Assembly (NCBI GenBank): GCA_964016885.1
Contig: OZ024741.1
Location: 2,914,001-2,978,000, forward strand
Length of the DNA: 64,000 bases
Source of the DNA: Eledone cirrhosa
Taxonomy: Eukaryota
Direction of reading: 5' to 3'
Each line of letters opens with the position of its first letter. Position 1 is the first letter of the stretch. The position numbers and the translations under genes were made by a program. This document shows positions 61,301 through 64,000 of this stretch, one piece after another. The notes under the pieces are model-generated. The model had not been told where the DNA came from, made no database searches, and was given only the letters and a program-made list of their open reading frames with translations.

Positions 61301-64000
61301 CAGATTCTTCTCTGAAGACCTTCTACTGTCCAGCTCTCCTCACAGTTTTTTTCTGAAGACCTTCTGATGTATAGCTCTCCTCACAGTTTCTTCTCTGAAG
61401 ACCTTCTACTGTCCAGTTCCTCTCACAGTTTCTTCTCTGAAGACATTCTACTGTCCAGCTCTCCTCACAGTTTTTTCTCTGAAGACCTTCTGATGTATAG
61501 CTCTCCTCACAGTTTCTTCTCTGAAGACCTTCTACTGTCCATCTCTCCTCACAGTTTCTTCTCTGAAGACCTTCTACTGCCCAGCTCTCCTCACAGTTTC
61601 TACTCTGAAGAGCTTCTACTGTTCAGCTCCCCTCACAGTTTATTCTCTGAAGATTTACTGTCCAGCTCGCCTGGCAGTTTCTTCTCTGAAGAGCTTCCAC
61701 TGTCCGGCTCTCCTGACAGTTTCTTCTCTGAACACCTTCTACTGTCCAGCTCCTCTCACAGTTTCTTCCCTGAACACCTTCTACTGTCCAGCTCCTCTCA
61801 CAGTTTCTTCTCTGAACACCTTCTACTGTCCAGCTCTCCTCACAGTTTCTTCTCTGAAGCCCTTCTACTGTCCAGCTCTCCTCACAGTTACTTTTCTGAA
61901 GACCTTCTACTGTCCAGTTCTCCTCACACTTTCTTCTTTGAAGACCTTCTACTGTCCAGCTCTCCTCACAGTTTATTCTCTGAAGACCTACTGTCCAGCT
62001 CTCCTCACAGTTTCTTTTCTGAAGACCTTCTGCTGCCCAGCGCTCCTCACAGTTTCTTCTCTGAAGACCTTCTTCTGTCCAGCTCTCCTCACAGTTTCTT
62101 CTCTGAAGACCTTCTACTGTCCAGCTCTCCTCATGATTTCTTCTCTTAAGACCTTCTACTGTCCAGCTCTGCTCACAGTTTCTTCTCTGAACACCTTCTA
62201 CTGTCCAGCTCTCCTCACAGTTTCTTGTCTGAAGACCTTTTGCTGTATAGCTCTCCTCACACTTTCTTCTCTGAAGACCTTCTACTGTACAGCTCTCCTC
62301 ACAGTTTCTTCTCTGAAGACCTTCTACTCTCCAGCTCTCCTCATCATTTCTTCTCTGAAGACCTTCTTCTGTCCAGCTCTCCTCACACTTTCTTCTCTGA
62401 AGACCGTCTACTGTCCAGCTCTCCTCACAGTTTTTTCTCTGAAGATTTTCTACTGTCCAGTTCTCCTCAAACTTTCTTCTCTGAAGACCTTCTACTGTAC
62501 AGCTCTCCTCACAGTACCTTCTCTGAAGATCTTCTTCTGTCTAGCTCTCCTCAATATTTCTTCTTTGAAGCCCTTCTACTGCCCAGCACTCCTCACAGTT
62601 TCTTCTCTGAACATCTTCCACTGTGCAGCTCTCCTCACAGTTTCTTCTCTGAAGATTTTCTACCGTCCAGTTGTCCTCAAACTTTCTTCTCTGAAGACCT
62701 TCTACTGTACAGCTCTCCTCACAGTTTCATCTCTGAAGATCTTCTTCTGTCCAGCTCTCCTCACACTTTCTTCTCTGAAGATCTACTGTCCAGCTCGCCT
62801 GGCAGTTTCTTCTCTGAACACCTTCTACTGTCCGGCTCCTCTCACAGTTTCTTCTCTGAAGTTCTACTACTGTCCAGCTCACCTCACAGTTTCTTTTCTG
62901 AAGACCTTCTACTGCCCAGCTCTCCTCACAGTTTCTTCCCTGAAGACCTTCTTCTGTCCAGCTCTCCTCACACTTTGTTCTCTGAAGACCTTCTACTGAC
63001 GAGGCTCTCCTCACAGATTCTTCTCTGAAGATTTTCTACTGTCGTGTTCTCCTCAAACTTTCTTCTCTGAAGACCTTCTACTGTTCAGCTCCCATCACAG
63101 TTTATTCTCTGAAGATCTACTGTCCAGCTCGCCTGGCAGTTTCTTCCCTGAAGAGCTTCCACTGTCCAGCTCTCCTGACAGTTTCTTCTCTGTACACCTT
63201 CTACTCTCCAGCTCCTCTCACAGTTTCTTCTCTGAAGTTCTACTAATGTCCAGCTCTCCTCACATTTCTAGTCTGAAGACCTTCTATTGTCCAGCACTCC
63301 TCACAGTTTCTTCTCTGAACACCTTCTACTGTCCAGCTCTCCTCAAAATTTCTTCTCTGAAGACGTTCTTCTGTCCAGCTATAATCACAGTTTCTTCTCT
63401 GAAGACCTTTTACTGTCCAGCTCTCCTCACAGTTTCTTCTCTGAAGAGCTTCTACTGTTCAGCTCCCCTGACAGTTTATTCTCTGAATCTCTTCTACTCT
63501 CCAGTTCTCCTCACACTTTCTTCTCTGAAGATCTTCTACTGTCCAGCTCTCCTCACACTTTCTTCTCTGAAGACCTTCTGCTGTCCAGCTCTCCTCACAT
63601 TTTCTACTCTGAAGACCTTCTGTTGTCCAGCTCTCCTCACAGATTCATCTCTGAAGAGATTCTACTGTCCAGCTCTCCTCACAGTTTCTTCTCTGAAGAC
63701 CTTCTACTGTCCAGCTCTCCTCACACTTTCTTCTCTGAAGACCTGCTGCTGTCCAGCTCTCCTCGCAGTTTCTTCTCTGAAGATCTTCTACTGTCCAGCT
63801 CTCCTCACACTTTCTTCTCTGAAGACCTACTGTCCAGCTCTCCTCACAGTTTCTTTTCTGAAAACCTTCTACTGCCCAGCACTCCTCACATTTTCTTCTC
63901 TGAACATCTTCCACTGTGCAGCTCTCCTCACAGTTTCTTCCCTGAAGACCTTCTACTGTCCAGTTCTCCTCAAACTTTCTTCTCTGAAGACCTTCTACTG

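Larger units (their letters stand above)
1..64000 (+). repeat. 42-bp tandem repeat (satellite DNA) array, ~1,520 monomers, single orientation, running off both window edges
   Basis: The consensus TCTGAAGACCTTCTACTGTCCAGCTCTCCTCACAGTTTCTTC recurs continuously from base 1 to 64000, usually with a few substitutions per copy. The 14-aa periodicity of all translated ORFs confirms the period. 39-bp units (GAAGACCTACTG, 3-bp deletion) are common, and 41- and 43-bp units also occur. Confidence 0.99.

Noticed and set aside
25046-63914. Minus-strand RRNCEESWTVEGLQ-repeat ORFs as a charged repeat protein
   Set aside because: They are short, frequently interrupted by stops and frameshifts, and simply the antisense reading of the same monomer.
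1-64000. CRISPR array or CRISPR-like repeat-spacer system
   Set aside because: Repeats abut directly with no unique spacers, leader or cas genes. The variation consists of point changes within one monomer family.
1-64000. Immunoglobulin class-switch (S) region, suggested by one AGCT per unit and a purine-rich minus strand
   Set aside because: S regions are roughly 1-12 kb and typically much denser in AGCT and/or G-runs. There is only one AGCT per 42 bp, no G-clusters in the consensus, and no flanking Ig exons.
1-64000. LexA/SOS box (CTGT..ACAG) or heat-shock element (TTC..GAA..TTC) arrays
   Set aside because: The spacing is wrong. CTGT-N12-ACAG is not N8, and TTC-N3-GAA-N4-TTC is not the canonical N2 spacing.
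1-64000. Zinc-finger, LRR or mucin-type repeat gene (Cys/His, Leu and Ser periodicity in the translations)
   Set aside because: The 14-aa period does not fit C2H2 (28 aa with CxxC..HxxxH) or LRR (20-29 aa) patterns. Dozens of frameshifts and the absence of non-repeat domains argue against a mucin-like exon.
1-64000. Embedded transposon, tRNA/rRNA, telomeric repeat or inversion
   Set aside because: I found no non-monomer sequence longer than a few bases and no strand switch while reading through the window.

Overview
The whole 64 kb window is one uninterrupted, head-to-tail tandem repeat (satellite) array of about 1,520 copies of a 42-bp monomer. The + strand consensus is TCTGAAGACCTTCTACTGTCCAGCTCTCCTCACAGTTTCTTC (15 T, 15 C, 7 A, 5 G; 71% pyrimidine; ~48% GC; no CpG). 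I see no unique sequence, inversion, transposon, RNA gene, CRISPR spacer or credible protein-coding gene. The long ORFs (SEDLLLSSSPHSFF, LKTFYCPALLTVSS and RRNCEESWTVEGLQ repeats) arise because the 42-bp unit is 14 codons long and has no stop in three of six frames. They switch frame at recurrent 1-bp indels. The real structure is hierarchical: (i) recurring ordered cassettes of variant monomers, (ii) recent near-identical duplications with offsets of 249, 1091, 1218/1260, 1300, ~1500-1700, ~3717, 4986/5070 and 6997/6955 bp, and (iii) regional domains marked by diagnostic 41-bp and 43-bp monomers. The sequence looks like eukaryotic, possibly vertebrate, satellite DNA (inference). I do not recognise the family. 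No new gene system is supported; the functional ideas below are hypotheses. Offsets were read from marker positions, and block boundaries are approximate (about +/- one monomer).
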